Notes: a model not told the origin generated them from the letters alone. 64,000 nucleotides of DNA from Sphyrna mokarran (GCA_024679065.1 JAGIQG010000002.1:59892001-59956000), one strand, 5' to 3'; numbered from the stretch's first letter, positions 1 to 12,999 are shown. A program made the numbers and translations.

Positions 1-826
1 ATAACGTTGGCAAATGTGAGGTTATCCACTTTGGAAAAAATAATAGTAGGCTGGAATATTATTTAAATGGTGAAAAGTTGCAACATGCTATGGTGCAGAG
101 GGACCTGGGGGTCCTTCTGCACGAATCGCAAAAACTCAATCTGCAGGTGCAGCAGGTGATCAAGAAGGCGAATGGAATGTTGGCCTTTATAGCAAGGGGA
201 ATAAAATATAAAAGCAGGGAGGTCTTGCTGCAACTGTACAAGACACTGGTGAGGTTGCAACTGAAATACTGTGTGCAGTTTTGGTCCCCTTATTTCCAAA
301 AATATACATTAGCCTTAGAGGGAGTACAGAGAAAGTTCACCAGGTTGATACCGGAGATGAGATGGTTAACTTATGAGGAGAGATTGAGTAGATTGGGCCT
401 ATATTCATTGGAGTTTAGAAGGCTGAGGGGGGATCTTATAGAGACTAACAAGATAATGAAGGGGCTAGATAGGGTAGAGGTAGAGAGATTCTTTCCACTT
501 AGAAAGGAAACCAGAACAAGAAGGCAAAGCCTCAAAATAAGTGGGGCAGTGCAGTTCGGAACAGAGTTGGGGAGGAACTTCTTCTCTCAGAGGGTGGTGA
601 ATCTGTGGAATTCTCTGCCCATTGAAGTGGAGGACACTACCTGGTTGAATATGTTTAAGTCACGGGTAGATAGATTTTTGATAGACAAGGGAATTAAGGG
701 TTGGGGGAGCAGGCAGGTAAGTGGAACTGATCCACTTCAGATCAGCTATGATCTTATTGAGTGGCGGGGCAGGCTCAAAGGGCTAGATGGCCTACTGCTG
801 CTCCCATTTCTTATGTTCTTATGTTC
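1..826 (+). mobile_element. CR1-clade LINE, 3' end of ORF2 (post-RT region) plus 3' UTR and microsatellite tail
   Basis: ORF 78-935 has CR1 C-terminal motifs ([70 protein letters not shown]); ends in ttcttatgttcttatgttc tail at ~808-826. Confidence 0.95.
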
Positions 827-1994
827 CTATTTAGCTCCAACACTGCTCCTTACTCCCTCTCTTCTTTTCTACATTTGTTGTACCCCACAATACTTAATTC
901 CCAGTCCTGATATTTTTTCCCTAACCATCATTTAGTAATCCCTATTAAACCTGATTCCTCACAATGTGTTATTGCCATCAGTTTCTCTGCTTTATTACAG
1001 GCAGCTTAAGAGAACTGCAATTGGTTACCTACAGCAATCACCCAGATTGGGGGTTTTGTACTAAATCCTCCAGGGAAACACTAAGCTGCAGCATGTCAGG
1101 AGGAGTTTTAAAATACTGACAAAGCTGTTTCTATTTTCTGCCTCTCAAGCTTCTTAACTTCCTACTGTTTTCACTCTGATAACTCGAACAAGAATCCTGA
1201 TTGGCAGTGTCTCCGCATTGATGAGAACACTGGCAATCTGCATAAATCAAGAAGAAGAACTGACTATAGCTTTAATATTGTGCCTTCTGTTTTGTCACAC
1301 GGCCAACAGAGATGGGGAATCAGAGAGAGTTATAAAAATATTGTGTGACTTGCTGCCCATTTTTCCATTTAAATATATTTATTCCTAAAATGATAGCCAT
1401 CACACGTCAAAACAGATTTTGAAAATCATGCTTGGAACAAAAGATTTAATGGGTATGTTTTGTGGCCACTTGGGCACTTTATTCATCTGATTCATAAGAG
1501 AATATATTACAGCCACAGGGAATGACATTTTTATTCAAGTCGTGTGAGTTTGATAGATATGGCAGATCGTTCGCAGCTCATTGTGAAATGTCTGATGTTT
1601 TCCCAGGAAGAAATTTCCTCTTGATTGTTTCAGAATTAATAAACGATACTGTTTCACAATTGTTCCTTTTTTAATCTGGGACACTATTAATATTCTAATA
1701 ACATTGCAATTACCAATCATTGAAGAAAGAAAGGAAAACAAAACAATTGTAAAAAAAAATTATCCATATCGAAACAATAGGAATGTATAAGGGAAGATTC
1801 CAAACAAAGAGGAAAATAAATGCTTTTCTGGTCAACCAGATACTCCAGTTAAGGAATGTGATTCCATATTTCTATTAGAAAAACTGGAATTTGAAACAAA
1901 AATTAAGAAAAAAGTTAAGATTTAACCACTGTGTTATAGCGACTGTGTCCCATGTGTATTTGAATTGCTTTTATTTTACCTATTATTTACTTTT

Positions 1995-2395
1995 GGGATG
2001 TGCGCTTTGCTGGTTCAGACAGCGTTTGTTGCTCATCCCTAATTGTTCTTCAGGACATAGCAGTAAGTCACCCTCTGGAACTGCAGCAGTGCACGTGGGG
2101 TATTCCCACAGTGATCTCACAAAGGGAATGCTAGGATTTTTGACCCAAAAATGACAGTGGAATAAAGGCACTTTCCTTCCAAGTCAGAATGGTGAGTGAC
2201 TTGGAGGGCAGCTTGTAGGTGGGTGGGGTTCCAGCCAGCTGGTAAATGTTATGTGTTTAGGAGGAGTCTTGGTCAGTTGTTGCAGTGCATCTTAAATGTG
2301 GTACACACTGCAATACACACTGACATTGCGCCAGTTGTGGAAGGAGTGAATATTGATGGGTAGGATGCCAATCATGTGAGCTGCCTTGTCCTTGT
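1995..2395 (-). mobile_element. Decayed 3' end of a Jockey-group LINE ('family B')
   Basis: Similar to 37205-37730 and to the reverse complement of 47900-48350 (ttgctcatccctaattg, ttccaagtcagaatggtgagtgacttggaggg, gcagtgcatctt). Confidence 0.7.
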
Positions 2396-2397
2396 TC

Positions 2398-2612
2398 TTT
2401 TATTCATTCGTGGGACATGGGCGTCTCTCGCTGGCCAGCACCCGTTCCTAGTTGCCTTTGTTCAGAGGGCGGTTGACAGTCAACCACATTGTTATGGCAA
2501 CCACATGTAGGCCAGACCAGATAAGGATGGCAGATTTATTTTCCTAAAGGATATTAGTGAACCACATTGGTTTTACGACAATCGACAATGGTCTCATGGT
2601 CATCAGTAGATT
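2398..2612 (-). mobile_element. SINE family 2 fragment (SacSINE1/DeuSINE-like; tail shared with LINE family B)
   Basis: Matches 55238-55640 (gtcaaccacattg, cacatgtaggccagacca, gacaatggt..catggtcatcagtagattc). Confidence 0.7.
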
Positions 2613-3399
2613 CTAAATTCTAGATATTGTCCAGGTCTTATTGCATTTCAACAAGCAATAATACCTCTCCATGGCACAAGAACAAAAAACAATGAAGCAA
2701 GGAGAAATTGGATGGGTTTCTCTCATCAGCACAAGTTGGACAATCTTATTGAAATAAAGCTTGCATTTCTCCTGCCTTTTTTTGAGAATGTCAACACAGC
2801 TGGTTTTATTGAGTAAAATAAAATTCATGCCCATTAGTGTGGTCATTATTTATTCATTGGCTACACATAGAAAAGTAATCAAAGATAGAATGAATAGTTA
2901 TAAATTTAAATCAGAGTGAATTAGTTATAAATTTATAAAGTTTTTTTTAGAAGCATTGATAATATTCTCTGCTTACCAAGATAATGAATCTAAATACTGC
3001 AAAAGGATTCCCTGAAAATTTTGCATCTGAAATCATCATCGAAGATTTTCTGATCAGATAAAATATGGTGCCATTGGAAAGTCAAGTTATTTTACACTAT
3101 TCATCACTGTTTTTCAACCTTAATCTCAAATTGTTGTTACAGCAGCTTTACACTTCATTTCTCAGATAAATCATCTTTGTAGACTTTCAGAGTAAAATGA
3201 CCTGTCTGTGTGTTCAAGGGAAAGGGTGAGATCTCTTTCAATTACTGTAGACTATGTAGAAACTAATTGCAGAGATGGTAAAACATTTGGGTGCACAGTA
3301 TAAAAAGATGAACAGTCTCTTCTTCTCTAAGTGTTACTGAAACCAAATTGAACATGCAATTCTGAAGAAACTGTTCCCTCTTTCACTCCATAATTATCT

Positions 3400-3500
3400 C
3401 CAAAGTTTAGGAACAGAACCACATTCTTCAATTATATAATTTATTACCTTCTGGACTTAACATTGAGTTCAACAATTTCAGATCATAAACTCTGTTCCCA
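3400..3500 (+). mobile_element. Penelope-like element, end of the GIY-YIG ORF (remnant)
   Basis: ccttctggacttaacattgagttcaacaatttcaga reads PSGLNIEFNNFR; the same motif is on the - strand at ~28740-28780. Confidence 0.6.
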
Positions 3501-3779
3501 CTTCGTTTTATTTTCCTTTGTAGATTTTAGTTTTATTATTTTTCTCTTGTTTTTGATTTTGGATGACAGTCATTGATCAAACTGCCATGTACAAATTCTC
3601 AAAACACATTTTATTTCTCTCTTTATTTCTTTCTTTTATTTGCTCTTAGGATGTGGAACATCATGGCAAGGTTAGCATTCATTGCTCATCTCAAACTGCC
3701 CTTGAGAATGTATTTGTAAGCTCCAATGCTTGAAATGCTTGCTACAGTCCAGGTGAAGTAGATACAAGGATTGTTCAGT

Positions 3780-4040
3780 GGCACAGTGGTTAGCATTGCT
3801 GTCTCACAATGCCAGGGACCTGGGTTTGATTCTCAGTTTGCTTCACTATGTGTGGAATCTGCATGTTCTCCTTGTGTCTGTATGGGTTTTCTCCAGATGC
3901 TCTGGTTTTCTCCAGATGCTCTGGTTTCCTCCCACAGCCTGAAAGGCATGCTGGTTAGGTGCATTGCCATGCTAAATTCTCCCTCACTGTATTCAAACAG
4001 GCACCAGAGTATGGTGACTAGAGGGTTTTCACAGTAACTA
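3780..4040 (+). mobile_element. V-SINE (HE1-like head and core) with type-B tail; tail resumes at ~5336-5392
   Basis: tRNA-like A/B boxes (ggcacagtggttagc; gggtttgattc), V-domain-like core (tgcatgttctcc..gtgtctg..ggtttcctcccacag), tail ttttcacagtaac / ttcactgcagtgttaatataagcct..tgtgacactaataaa. Confidence 0.9.
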
Positions 4041-4060
4041 AAAGTTTATTTATTTATTAG

Positions 4061-5283
4061 AACATAGAACATAGAACAATACAGCACAAACAGGCCCTTC
4101 AGCCCACGAGTTGCGCCGATCACATCTACCTATCACATCACAGACCTATCTATAACCCTCTATCCTATTCTTTTCCATATACTCATCCAGAAGTCTCTTA
4201 AAAGACCCCAGTGAGTTTGCCTCAACAACCTCCGACGGCAGTCAGTTCCATTCACTCACCACCCTCTGAGTGAAAAGCCTACCCTTGACATTTCCTTTGT
4301 ATTTGCTTCCCTGCACCTTAAATCTGTGTCCTCTTGTAGTGACCATTTCAGCTCGGGGAAATAGTCTCTGAGAATCCACCCTATCTATCCCTCTCACCAT
4401 TTTATAAACCTCTATTAGGTCGCCTCTCAACCTACGTCGCTCCAGTGAGAAGAGTCCCAGCTCCCTCAACGTATCTTCATAATGCTTGCCTCCCAATCCA
4501 GGCAGCATCCTTGTAAATCTCCTCTGAACTCTCTCAATAGCCTCTACGTCCTTCCTATAATGAGGCGACCAGAACTGCGCACAATACTCCAACTGGGGTC
4601 TGACAAGAGTCTTATAGAGCTGCATCATTACCTTCTGACTCCTGAACTCTATTCCTCGATTAATGAAGGCCAGTACACCGTACGCCTTCTTGACCACTTC
4701 CTCCACCTGTGAGGCCGATTTAAGAGTCCTATGGACCCGGACCCCGAGATCCTTCTGCTCTACAACACAGCTAAGACTCCTACCCCTTATATTGTACTCC
4801 TTCATCCCATTATTCCTGCCAAAATGGACCACTACACATTTATCTGCGTTGAAGTCCATCTGCCACTTCTCCGCCCAGTCTTGCATCCTGTCTATGTCCC
4901 ACTGCAACTTTTGGCATCCCTCCAGACCATCCACAACACCACCGACCTTTGTATCGTCGGCGAACTTCTAACCCATCCCTCCACTTCCTCATCCAGGTCA
5001 TTTATGAAAATGACAAACAGCAGGGGTCCCAGAACAGATCCTTGGGGCACTCCACTGGTTACCGACCTCCATGCAGAACAAGACCCATCCACAACCACTC
5101 TCTGCCTTCTACTGGCAAGCCAGTTCTGGATCCACGAGGCCAAAGCCCCTTGGATCCCATGCCCTCTCACCTTCTCCAGAAGCCTTGCATGTGGGACCTT
5201 ATCAAACGCCTTACGAAAGTCCATGTGCACTACGTCCACTGCCCTTCCTTCGTCAATGTGTTCAGTCACATTTTCGAAGAAAA
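4061..5283 (-). mobile_element. 5'-truncated young CR1 LINE (RT domain to tail), frameshifted
   Basis: ORFs 4892-5269 ([32 protein letters not shown]) and 4242-4934; (agaacat)n tail at ~4059-4079; TTATTAG duplicated at 4054-4060 and 5284-5290. Confidence 0.95.
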
Positions 5284-5859
5284 TTATTAGTCACAAGTAA
5301 GGCTTACATTAACACTGCAATTAACTTATGTGAAATTCACTGCAGTGTTAATATAAGCCTCCTTGTGACACTAATAAATGAACTTTAAACTTTCCAATTT
5401 CAGCAGGGAATTGTAGGACTTTGACCCAGTAACAGTGAGGGAACATTGATAGAGTGCAAAGTCAGGATGGTGTGTGACTTGGAGGGGAACTGCAAATTTT
5501 AGTGAATCTTGCAACTGCTGCACTTGTTCTTCTCAGTGTAGAGGTACCACTCAACTCAGCCTTGCACCACCACTTTCTCATTTATTTTCTCCTGTCTTCC
5601 TCTCAATCACAGAACTTCCCTTTTTTTTTTGTCCATATTCTCCACTTGCTAAAAATGTATCCCATTTCTGATTTTTCCCAGTCCTATCAGCCATGATCGA
5701 ATGGCTGAGCGGACTCGAAGGGTCAAATAACTTAATTCTACTCCTTTAACTGATAATGTTAGGTCATTATCCTGAAATATTAACTGTTTTGATCGCCAGA
5801 GAATGCTGCCTGAAGCATTGAGTATTTCCAGTATTTTCTGTTTATATTTATGAGAATTG

Positions 5860-6480
5860 AATATTCAATCAAATGCACAAATTGTATAATGGCACATTAT
5901 TAACTCCTCAACAATCAACACACATGTCAGATATTCAGATGCCCCTCCTCACCCTCGAACACTGGAAGTCACATACCCACATCTCACAGTTGTCACAGGT
6001 AGTCGGCACATCACTCAAAGATACCGCATCATACCAGTACTTACTAGCATTCTACTCCATTGCAGGACAAGGTGGCACACAATAGGAGGGAAAGGCAGAA
6101 AATTGATGGGGACAATCACACAGGCATAGCCTGACCCCTTTGCAATGAATAGTTCTCTGCATTATAAGGACAGCTGTGACCAAGGCAGCAGCATCAAGCA
6201 TTACTGGAAAAAACCCAGGGTATCAGTATGTTCCTGCTTCGTGCACTCTCAAATTTTAGTTCTTCCCCTGTCTAACATGATGTGTTAGCTGCAGATAGTG
6301 CAGCCATGGATCTCTTGCTTAAAACCTTCCTCAGATTCCTTCACCCCTAATTCTTTCTATCCGGTATCTGCTTTTAGTTACCGTGACCTGAACACGTGAG
6401 TAGCCAACCCCCATATGCTCACCATTAAGTATACAAGTAAAAGCAGACCTCTGATGAAGGAGCACTGAAACATTACCTGC
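5860..6480 (+). pseudogene. PIF/Harbinger Myb/SANT-like ORF2 remnant (intron plus exon 2); may continue at ~8280-8950
   Basis: Acceptor ttgcag (AG 6064-6065) followed by DKVAHNRRERQKIDG; the same motif follows acceptors at 15060(-) and 51853(+). Confidence 0.65.
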
Positions 6481-7413
6481 ACCCATCAGCTCAAAAAAGA
6501 GGGGCAGGAGCAACACATGGTTAGTCAGCAGGTATGGGTAGGCTGCAGCCAGGACAGAGGAATTGGTAGCACATAGGCCAGCTCTCTGGAGGGGAAGATC
6601 ATGGATGGGTTTTGCTGCAAGAATTCAAATGAGGCAATTGATGAGATAACATATACAAGAATACTGATAGGTATGTACACAGTGGTGCTTGATACTTAGC
6701 AGTCTGATCATAAGGTCATAATACATAGGAGCAGAAATGGGATATTAAGCCTATCAAATCTGCTTCAACATTCAGTAGATCATGGCTGTTCTGATTATGG
6801 CCTTAAACTCCAACTTTCTGACTGGCTCCCATAATCCTGGACTTCCTTGTATATCAAAAATCTAACTCAGCCTTGAATATATTCAATGACTCAGCCTCCA
6901 TTGCTCTCAATGGAAGACAATTTCAAAGATTAATAACCCTATGAGAGCAGAAGTTTCTCTTCATCTCTCTTTTAAATGGGAGGCTCTTTATTTTGAAACA
7001 GTGCCCTTTAGTCCTGGAGTTCTCCACATGAGAAATCTCTCTCAGCATCTACCCTGTCAAAACCCCTTAACATCATAAGATCATATTTCATTCTTCTAAA
7101 CTCCAGTGAGTATGGATGCAACCTGTTCAACTTTTCCCAGTAAGACAGTCTCTTCATTCCAAGAATTATCCTGGTGAACCTTTTATAGACTGATTCCAAT
7201 GCAAGTAAGATTCTCCATCTTAGAAGCTTTTACTGTTTCCTTTAATATTTCTAGTTAGTTTACTCTTACTGCAATTTCACCTTTTTTTCAGTCATCATTT
7301 GATGGTTTCTAACATTTTTCCAATCTTCTGACCTACTATAAATCTTTGCAATATTGCATGGCTTTTCTTTTAATTTGAAACCATTCTTAATTTCCTTTGT
7401 GAGCCATGGATGG

Positions 7414-7664
7414 TGTAATGATGCATGCTCACAGATTTCGTCAGGAACACAAACAGCATTTATTAACAAGGAAAAGCTGTCAAGGCTAGCAGCCCCCCAT
7501 CTGCCCTAGAATAACTCACCGGTTGTCCCAGACCCTACATATCCTCTACATGTTTACTGCCTAAGATGGGACTCCACTCCCTGGAGTGATTACCCAATCT
7601 CAATTGCTCCCTCAAGTCAGGTAACCCTCTTCTGCTGTGTTTTCCTTAAAGGGACAATCACCAC
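7414..7664 (-). mobile_element. Solo-LTR-like insertion (~250 bp)
   Basis: TG...CA termini, AATAAA on the - strand, interrupts CR1 sequence that resumes afterwards. Confidence 0.45.
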
Positions 7665-7844
7665 AGGGAATGCATCCTTCTCTTAGAACTTTTCTTTCTC
7701 AAATAAATAGTTCTTTGTTGAGGTATGAAATATCTCCTTAAATATCTCTTATTGCTTCTCTACCATTCTACTGACTGAGATTATTTACGAAGTCCCACCT
7801 TCTCAACATTGCCATAGTCATCTGGGATGACTTTACCATCCTAT

Positions 7845-8120
7845 TAAAGTTTATTTATTAGTCACAAGTAAGGCTCACATTAACACTGCAATGAAATTAC
7901 TGTGAAATTCCCTAGTCCCCACACTCTGGCACCTAATGCACCAGCACCAATGCACCTAACCAGCACTTCTTTCAGAACGTGGGAGGAAACCAGAGCACCC
8001 GGAGGAATCCGATGCAGACAAATAGAGAACGTGCAAACTCCACATTGATAGTGACCCAAGCTGGGAATCGAACCCGGGTCCCTGGTGTTGTGAAGTAGCA
8101 GTGCTAACCACTGTGCTACC
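7845..8120 (-). mobile_element. V-SINE, type-B tail
   Basis: Reverse complement of the SINE head (gtgctaaccactgtgc, gggaatcgaacccgggtccctgg) and core (gggaggaaaccagagcacccggagg); tail tttatttattagtcacaagtaaggctcacattaacactgcaatgaa. Confidence 0.92.
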
Positions 8121-9199
8121 AGGATGCCCCTATTAACCTATTTTCCCGTTCCATTGTGGTCAATTCTGTTTCATACCCTTGTAATTGCCTTTATTTACAT
8201 TTAAGACAATAGTTTCAGACTCAAATTTCTCACTCTCAAACTGAATGTGAAATTGCTTCATACTATGGTCACCCCTAAACATGGATTTTCAGAATCTGCT
8301 GTCATTAGCAAGGAGAATGGAGAAGTCTGGCTCTAACTTGGGACAGATCATCACTCAGACTTTGGAGCTCAGTCTTGGATGTGAAAATGGTGGCTATCTC
8401 CATGAAAGCACATTCAGAGCCAGCTTTTGCTGGACTTTTGTTGCGGTTTCCATTGTAACACAGGTGGAAACCATCCAATGACCAAGTTGTTCAGTGGAAG
8501 TTCAGCCCGACATCATGGGAGTTATGCTTATTGCCATGCAATCCCAACTTGGTGCAATGTAGTTTAAGACTGCTGCCATCATGGCTGCAGATAACAAAGC
8601 TCAAAGACTTATGCAAGCTCTCACAGCAGTCCTGCAATCTGTGCTCCAGCAGGAGATTAGTAGTCACTTAGTGGTATCTGAACGCAGTGATTTTGCAGCA
8701 TGTAAAGCTATTGTCCTTTCTCCAGTTCCCACTATTATCACTCCACAAGTGCCCAGTCGGCCTGCCAGGCCAGACTGCTATAGCTTGTGCTGTGATGGTG
8801 CCATCCAAAACAGGGCTTCTTAGGCCCAAAGCTGCTTAAGCCTATCATGCCAAGACAACTAGCAGTGTCCCAGTGAAATTCAGCAGCCTCCACCGACCAC
8901 TGTAGCTAGTGGATTAACTTCATGTAGGGACTCTAGAAAGATACAGGTACATGGAGGACAAAAAGATAGAGAACGTATGAGGGTGAATTCTTCACTTTTG
9001 TTTGTATTACTGAAAGTGCTGTTAGATGAAGTTGTTATTGGAATTTTTTTTGGTTGTGCCTTTTATTTCGGGATTTTTAATTTTGATCAGGAGGATGCAG
9101 TGAAGATCCAGGGTAGAGGGATGGAAAGGTGGAGAGTTGTGGAGCAGCGATGTGAGGATGTGATTTTAGGGGAACTGGAGTTTGATTGACTGTGTATGG

Positions 9200-10200
9200 T
9201 AGCCTTTCTAGAGCAGTGAGTTTCTGGATGCCTCTTCCATTCCTCTTCCTCATCCCTTTACTCCTATTTCTCTCTTTTTCCTTTTCTTCTCTCTCTTCTT
9301 TTTTCTACTCCTGGTCAGGAGGTCATGCAGAAGATCTGATGGCAAGAAAGACACACTCATGAAATCAAAGTTGTGGAGGATGCAGCAGACTTCAGAGATA
9401 TACTACATCTAGTATTGGATTCTGAATAGTCTGGCTAGTGGAATTGTTGTTATTGAACATGATTGATTGGTCTACAAATATTCCTGGTGACAGCATAGCT
9501 TTCAATGTATACTGTTGACAATGGTCGAATAGTAGAGGGATTCATGAGCCAAGCATAGACAATGTTGGCTTTGTCAATAAGTAGCCAGCCTTTAATCAGT
9601 TGTGGAGACTCCAATATGGTGGGATAGCTAACTGGTGCAGGATGAAAGCATTATGGTTGTTGCCAGGATAGCAGGCATTTAGGGATGTGATATTCAGTGT
9701 ATGGTCACACCCCAATATCACATGCATAAATTGGTAGCCCTTGCCATTTTGACACATTTCCCCATGAATATATGATGCCTGCAGAACCATTTCCACACAT
9801 TTGATGGCTCCCTGCAGTGTCCAGATTCCCAATATTCTGGCCAAGCTACTCACTGCTCTGCTCATCCTGCTTCGCTCTGGCTAATGGAGTCTTTGCTACC
9901 ATATTCCAAATGTGAATTGTAAAATGTTGACAGTCTCACTGGCCCCTGGATAAATTGGGGGCCCTGATGATTGTCATGTTCTGTAGATCCAGTTGGAGGA
10001 AGTGGCACAGTCCAGTGACCAGCTTCTCCTTGAATTGTAGCCACCTTAGATATAGTTCCTGGCTGAGTTGGAGATGGGTGAAGTACTCACTGTATAATCT
10101 GGTAAGTGCATATAATCTTTGTTGCAAGTTCTCATCCTGATTGTTTCTCCTCATCGCAGACTTTCTGCCGACAAGCCTATAAAATCTGCTGACATCATTT
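9200..10200 (-). pseudogene. PIF/Harbinger DDE transposase remnant (HARBI1-like)
   Basis: Decayed HARBI1-type motifs: LQGAIKC, QNGKGYQFMHVILGCDHTLNITSLNACYPGNNHNAFILHQLAIP (9596-9865); RLYSEYFTHLQLSQELYLRWLQFKEKLVTGLCHFLQLDLQ (9936-10214); acidic/purine-rich C-terminal stretch at ~9230-9310. Confidence 0.85.
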
Positions 10201-11577
10201 AAAAAGTCCTGCATCCCATCCTCCTAAATTCAGTACCTTTGCAAAAACTTATCTAATAACATTCAACACTTTAAATGGTGCTTATCAAAGGTCTGTCATG
10301 CAGCTAAACAAATGTTCAGCTGGAGAGATTTAAAGAGATAGCCTTAAAAGAGGCTGCAAAGTCCAGATTAGCACTTGCCACTGAACAATACTCAACTGCA
10401 ACAACATCTTTATACTGCACATTTCTGGCATTTGCATGGCACACCTATATTAATGTGCTGCAAAGAATGGTGGACCTTGCAGTGCCTTGCTGCGCTATGA
10501 AGAAACATTTTGCAGTCAATCTGTTAGCACAATGATCTTTTGCCAAAATTGTTTCGACGAAAGGATCTCGATCTGAAAAATCAATACCGCTTCTATCTCC
10601 AATGGTGCTGACATACCAATGGGATATTTCTACCATTTAGGATTTTGACTTCACTACATTTTATGAGTGATTGTGAATGAAACATTCCTGGGATTTTATA
10701 AAAGAGGCTAATTCATCTGGAATCTACATTGCATTTTTATTAGCAATTCAAACTTCACTGGGATTTCGGAGATTTCAAAGCCTCCAGGAACAGATTGGGG
10801 ATGACTGCATGATAATAAATTGCTGATTAGTGACTGTATCAGCTGTCTTCTAGTAGCTACTTATCATTTCTGACTGTGACTACAGCAGCCCTCACGGGCA
10901 TTGTGCACTGTTGGAGAAAGGGACATCTAAGTCACTGCGTATTCCTTGTTTACACATCTTTAACAGAATAATTAGACCTGGCCAAGTTTATTTCCCCTTT
11001 CATTGACTTTTCAAGTGTTTCCTGAAAAATGAGCAAGTCAACTTCAACCATGAACCTGAGAGTTGGTAAATATTTCCCTGTTCGCTAAAATTGTGAATTG
11101 GGTGTACTCGTCAACTGTCAGGACCAAAATGATAGTCAGCATTTCAGCCTGTCCGCTCGCTTTTCACAAGTGGAATGAATTTTTCCACTTGAATTGAGAG
11201 TCGTCAGTATTAACCAATCGAATCAATAGAAGTGGGTGCCTGTCAAATTCAATTGGATCTTATATTTCACTACTGTCGGCTATGACCTTGGGATAGATGT
11301 TTTTAAAAATCACTGATGGCTTTGAGAGGGTCACAGTTATGAGTTCTGTTTATTTCATGTCTTCAATGAGACAACTGCTAAAATGCAGCTTGGAAAATGT
11401 TTTCTTTTTTTCTCTCACTTTGCCTTTCTGGCATATGTATTTGGGAGAAGTTGCTTTGGGCGAATGTTCACTTCATTCAGCCACTTGTTGCCACTTGATA
11501 GGATGAAGATATAGTCCTCTGACATGAACTATCTTTGCTCAAGCCTTTCTTTCACTTCCTTTTAAGAACTGGAAGTG

Positions 11578-11900
11578 TTTAGTTTAGTTTAATTTAGTTT
11601 AGTTTAATTTAGTTTAGTTTATTAGTGTTACAAGTCGGCTTACATTAACACCGCAATGAAGTTATTGTGAAAATCCCCTAGTCACCACACTCAGGTGCCT
11701 GTTCAGGTACATTGAGGAAGAATTTAGCATGGTCAATGCACCTAACCAGAACATCTTTTGGACTGTGAGAGGAAACCGGAGCAAACGGAGGAAATCCACA
11801 CAGACATGGGGAGAACGTGCAAACTCCACACTGACAGTGACCCAAGCCAGGAATTGAGCCCTGATCCCTGGTGCTATAAGGCAGCAGTGGTAACACTGTG
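11578..11900 (-). mobile_element. V-SINE, type-B tail ending in (TAAAC)n microsatellite
   Basis: SINE head/core on the - strand (ORF track reads FARSPHVCVDFLR); (tttag)n at 11578-11620. Confidence 0.92.
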
Positions 11901-12439
11901 CACACTCCCCCCTGCCTCCCCAATGAAGAAGCGAGTTCAGCATCCATGTAATATAGTATGAGCAACACTACTAAAGACCAGTGAGCCTGATTGATCTAAA
12001 TAAATGGATTGAAGGCAGTAATCCATATCCACAAGAGAACACAGATTTCTACATCCTGGACCTGAATTTTCAGGTCCAGCCGAGAGTGGGAATGAAGGCA
12101 TGTGGGGTACAAATATACCTGCACTGGATGGACCTGAGGTGAACATGACTGAGCTATTTTATCATGTGGCAATTAGCATGGCATCTTGGCAACCTGGGAT
12201 ATTTAACATGGGTTCCCACACATGAACTCATCAAACTACAATGGGAATACACTCAACACAATCACTTGGACAATGGCAGAGAAAGAAGATTCCCAGACAT
12301 GAAGTAACTAAGTTACAAAGGGAAATACATGAATAACAATCATGTTTGAATTACTGCATGACTTTCTTTGTATTGAAGCTTCTTTTTTCCCTGCAAGAGG
12401 AGAACAAGCAGCTGAAGCACTGATGAGAGCAGACCTGAG

Positions 12440-12999
12440 TGGGGGCTTCCCTTCCTCCCTCTATCTCCAACCCACATGCAACCCTTCAACCCTGTTTGCT
12501 GATTGTGACCTACCAGTGTTGTTTCTGCTGCAGAAAGCGACTTCTTAAAAGAATTCAACCCAGCAATACCACCTCCAGGACAACAGCCAAATCAACTGTC
12601 AACATCTTTAAATGTTGCTGCACAACCAAGAAAAGTCGCAAGGCCACCAAATTCATCCTGAAGCCAGCCAAGTCGCCAAACAACAAACTGGATGCCTTTC
12701 ATTTCTCTGCACCCTAAGTTGACAAATTTCTCTTTCCCCAATGAAAGTGAATTGTATTTGTTTGTGTAAGTAGTTGTGTATTTTATTACTTAGATCAGTT
12801 TAAGTATGATAAAGCTAACCTCCTTATGTTGAACTAAAGAAAACCTGTCCGATTAGATCTGTTCTGATTTCAGTGCATTAACAGTTGGACACTCACTGAC
12901 TTGGCAAATGTAGCCTTTTTTTAAAAAAACCTATTACAGTCAAATGAGAAGAGGAAAAGGAGGGGAGCCATTCAACCCCTCCTCAGCTGAGAGTAACAA
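12440..12999 (+). mobile_element. Solo-LTR-like sequence (3' part)
   Basis: Ends ...gagagtaaca immediately before the transposase remnant resumes; LTR-like composition; 5' boundary unclear. Confidence 0.45.

Larger units (their letters stand above)
3645..5545 (-). mobile_element. LINE family B 3' remnant split (3645-3772 / 5395-5545) by nested SINE and CR1 insertions
   Basis: Both halves are colinear with 37210-37470 (gcattcattgctcatc..gcccttgagaa; ggactttgaccca..gtcaggatggtgtgtgacttggagggg). Confidence 0.65.
6715..8275 (-). mobile_element. Fragmented old CR1 LINE with internal deletions, interrupted by an LTR-like piece and a SINE
   Basis: ORF 7008-7199 (KRFTRIILGMKRLSY, YSLEFRRMKYDL), ORF 7266-7469 (PWLTKEIK); tail cataaggtcata at ~6709-6720. 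Confidence 0.85.

Noticed and set aside
78-935. 285-aa ORF as a host gene
   Set aside because: It is the C-terminal part of CR1 ORF2 reading through the 3' UTR and tail into flanking DNA
2977-3030. Possible - strand micro-exon (GNPFAVFRFIIL, GTAAG donor)
   Set aside because: No recognisable protein, ambiguous acceptor and no partner exons; such signals are common by chance
4482-5388. Several overlapping + strand ORFs of 76-189 aa
   Set aside because: Antisense shadows of the CR1 RT frame; the same applies at 40892-41167, 27739-28143 and 43567-44151
6451-6475. CUGAUGA...GAAA hammerhead-like word
   Set aside because: Only a 2-bp stem II, no convincing stem I and no Penelope context; lies in Harbinger ORF2-like sequence, so probably coincidental
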